Assembly (NCBI GenBank): GCA_016906335.1 | Contig: JADEYG010000001.1 | Location: 248,001-312,000, forward strand | DNA from: Novakomyces olei | Lineage: Eukaryota | Direction of reading: 5' to 3' | DNA: 64,000 bases | Shown here: one piece after another, positions 62,038 through 64,000 of the stretch | How the letters are laid out: every line of letters starts with the position of its first letter | Numbering within the stretch: position 1 is the stretch's first letter | Notes under the pieces: model-generated | What the model was told of the DNA's origin: nothing | The model's database searches: none | Seen by the model: the letters and a program-made list of their open reading frames with translations, nothing else | Made by a program: the position numbers and the translations under genes

Positions 62038-63762
62038 CTAAGGCTTGCAGCGTTCCGTAAAACGAGGGTAAAGCGACGTTTCTCGAACAGTGTAAAGATT
62101 GAGCAGCCAAGCGAGAAAGCGCTCAAGTCCTATTCCGTAGCCGCCATGGTCGCAAGTGCCGTATTTGCGTTGGTCAGTAAACCAATAGTAAGGTGCTGGA
62201 TCAATATTTTCCCGCTTGTAGCCCTCAGTAAGCTCATCTAGATCAGTTATACGCATACTGCCACCAGTGATTTCTCCAACGTTTGGCATCAACACATCAA
62301 CACTCTCTGTGCACCTTTCATTTCCCGGGATTCGCTTCATGTAGAAGGATTTGATTTCCGCCGGGAAATTCACCAAAAAGATTGGCTTATTAATAAGATC
62401 AGTCATTTGACGCTCAGCAGCTTCTCCGATATCATCACCAAACTCATGGTAATTTCCCTCCTTATCACGAATGTCATGTTCACGCAAATACTTGATAGCA
62501 TCAGCATAGTCCAAGCGCATAAAAGGCCGAGTAGGCTTTTGGAATGTAGAGTTCAATTCGCGCACTGTTTTGCTGGCAAATGGATCAGCCAATATTTGAT
62601 CAATCACAACGCAAATCAGCTCTTCTAAGTGCTCAAGAAATTCTGAAAAATCCAAAAAGGCCAGTTCTGCTTCAATGTGCGTATACTCAGAAAGGTGACG
62701 ACGTGTATGAGCCTTTTCGGCGCGGAAACTCTCTTGAATGCAGAAAACATCGCCCAATGCGGGCAAACAGGTCTCCAAGTAGAGCTGGCTCGACTGGGTC
62801 AAAAACGCGCGTTCACCGTAATAGTTGAGCTCAAACAGTGTCGAGCCGCCTTCAACCTGTGTTTGCACCATACAAGGCGGGGTAACCTCCGTCAGACCCA
62901 ACATATCAAAAGCCGAACGAAACGCGCGAAGAGCAACTGCTCGCACTTTTAAAATTGACGAAGCAGTTTCCCCTCGGATGACCAGATGCCTTAAATCATA
63001 CAGTAGAGCGGGAGTGGCCTCAGCGTTAACCCGATTGGTAATAGACTCCTCGCCGGAAGGTGCCTTTTGGATAACTGTGTAATAATCGACCACCAGCTCC
63101 TGATCACCAGGTGCCTTTTTCCCTGGGGGCAATTCGTTCAGTATCCCATACACAGTAATTGTGCTTTCCAAAGTGAGCGTCAAGATATCGTAACTATCAG
63201 CCAGTTGGCCAGTCACAACGCATTGTAAGTAGCCGGTTCCATCGCGAAGAACAATGAAAGCAATTCCTTTCTGAAGCCGAAGCCTATGAACCCATCCGGA
63301 AACACGAACGCGACGGCCTCGATATTGTGAAGAACTTCCAATTTTAACTTTTTCCGCAGGCGCAAGGTCCGGATCTTGCTCCACCACTATATTTTTGGCT
63401 GCCTCAATACGCTCTGCTTCCGCTTTCTTATCAGCCAATAATTTGCTTTCGTGCTTTTTGGCGTTCTCTTCCGCTTTTGCACGTTTTTTAATAGCCGCTT
63501 CTACTATTTTGCGAGCTTTCTTTAAAGCTGCTCCAGAAATTTCTTGATATTCAGACTCACCTGCTTTTTTCACAAGGATGTTTGTTAGTTTTGGCACTGT
63601 TTCACAAGCAAAAATTGCCGTTTTGAACGGTGCTTCCTGAGAACCAGAATTCTTTTCATTGCTATCGCCGCCATTGGCCTCATCGACATAGACGACTAGC
63701 GGTTGCTTAGGTTCTTGGAGCTTTAGGGTGTCTATTTTTCCTTCCACAGAGGCAATTGCCAT
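62038..63762 (-). CDS. DED81: Cytosolic asparaginyl-tRNA synthetase
   Basis: GWVHRLR, QVEGGSTLF, LTQSSQLYLE, FRAEKAHTRRHLSEY and HGGYGIGLERF. Confidence 0.96.
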   Translation of the reverse strand: MAIASVEGKIDTLKLQEPKQPLVVYVDEANGGDSNEKNSGSQEAPFKTAIFACETVPKLTNILVKKAGESEYQEISGAALKKARKIVEAAIKKRAKAEENAKKHESKLLADKKAEAERIEAAKNIVVEQDPDLAPAEKVKIGSSSQYRGRRVRVSGWVHRLRLQKGIAFIVLRDGTGYLQCVVTGQLADSYDILTLTLESTITVYGILNELPPGKKAPGDQELVVDYYTVIQKAPSGEESITNRVNAEATPALLYDLRHLVIRGETASSILKVRAVALRAFRSAFDMLGLTEVTPPCMVQTQVEGGSTLFELNYYGERAFLTQSSQLYLETCLPALGDVFCIQESFRAEKAHTRRHLSEYTHIEAELAFLDFSEFLEHLEELICVVIDQILADPFASKTVRELNSTFQKPTRPFMRLDYADAIKYLREHDIRDKEGNYHEFGDDIGEAAERQMTDLINKPIFLVNFPAEIKSFYMKRIPGNERCTESVDVLMPNVGEITGGSMRITDLDELTEGYKRENIDPAPYYWFTDQRKYGTCDHGGYGIGLERFLAWLLNLYTVRETSLYPRFTERCKP

Positions 63763-64000
63763 TGCTTGGACGAATCTTTGAAATGATCAATCTCACTCGA
63801 AGAGATAATTTATGATAATGGACTTTATAATCGCAATTTGGTTGGCGCAGCAGAAACTTCAAGCGAGGAAGAATCCTATATTTATGATATACTGATAAAA
63901 GACGATAATAGTATTTAAAATGTCCGTTATCTGGCTTGTATGGGAAGGAAATTTAGACAGGTAATAGTTATACCAGTGCTGTATACTATCCATTAAATTA

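Overview
Eukaryotic fungal DNA, probably an intron-bearing ascomycete (short GT-AG introns with CTAAY branch points; exact taxon not determinable). Two blocks of host genes flank a ~44 kb stretch without host genes (~12.3-56.4 kb). Left block: NOT3/5, GUF1, ICL1, an orphan membrane-protein gene and an Atf1-like bZIP. Right block: VAC14, a STE50-like gene and Asn-tRNA synthetase. The central stretch holds an A-rich compound satellite, an AT-rich island and a deeply nested cluster of Ty1/copia and Ty3/gypsy LTR retrotransposons, which suggests a regional centromere or heterochromatin domain (inference). The top finding is a young chromovirus (37176-43164; 5-bp TSD, LTRs differing at ~2 nt) that appears to self-prime like Tf1. 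Between its chromodomain and 3' LTR it carries ~1 kb of cargo encoding a C2H2 zinc finger and a JmjC-like dioxygenase domain with an intact T-x-x-H-x-D...K...H set. This is a candidate transposon-borne anti-silencing module; this copy has stops and frameshifts. Other points: three copia families have a primer-binding site matching half of tRNA-Lys(CUU); two of them have TA...CA LTR termini; a second chromovirus has a Met-free leader ORF, a T-rich PBS and Gcn4/AP-1 site arrays in its LTR; and the atf1-like gene may start at GTG.
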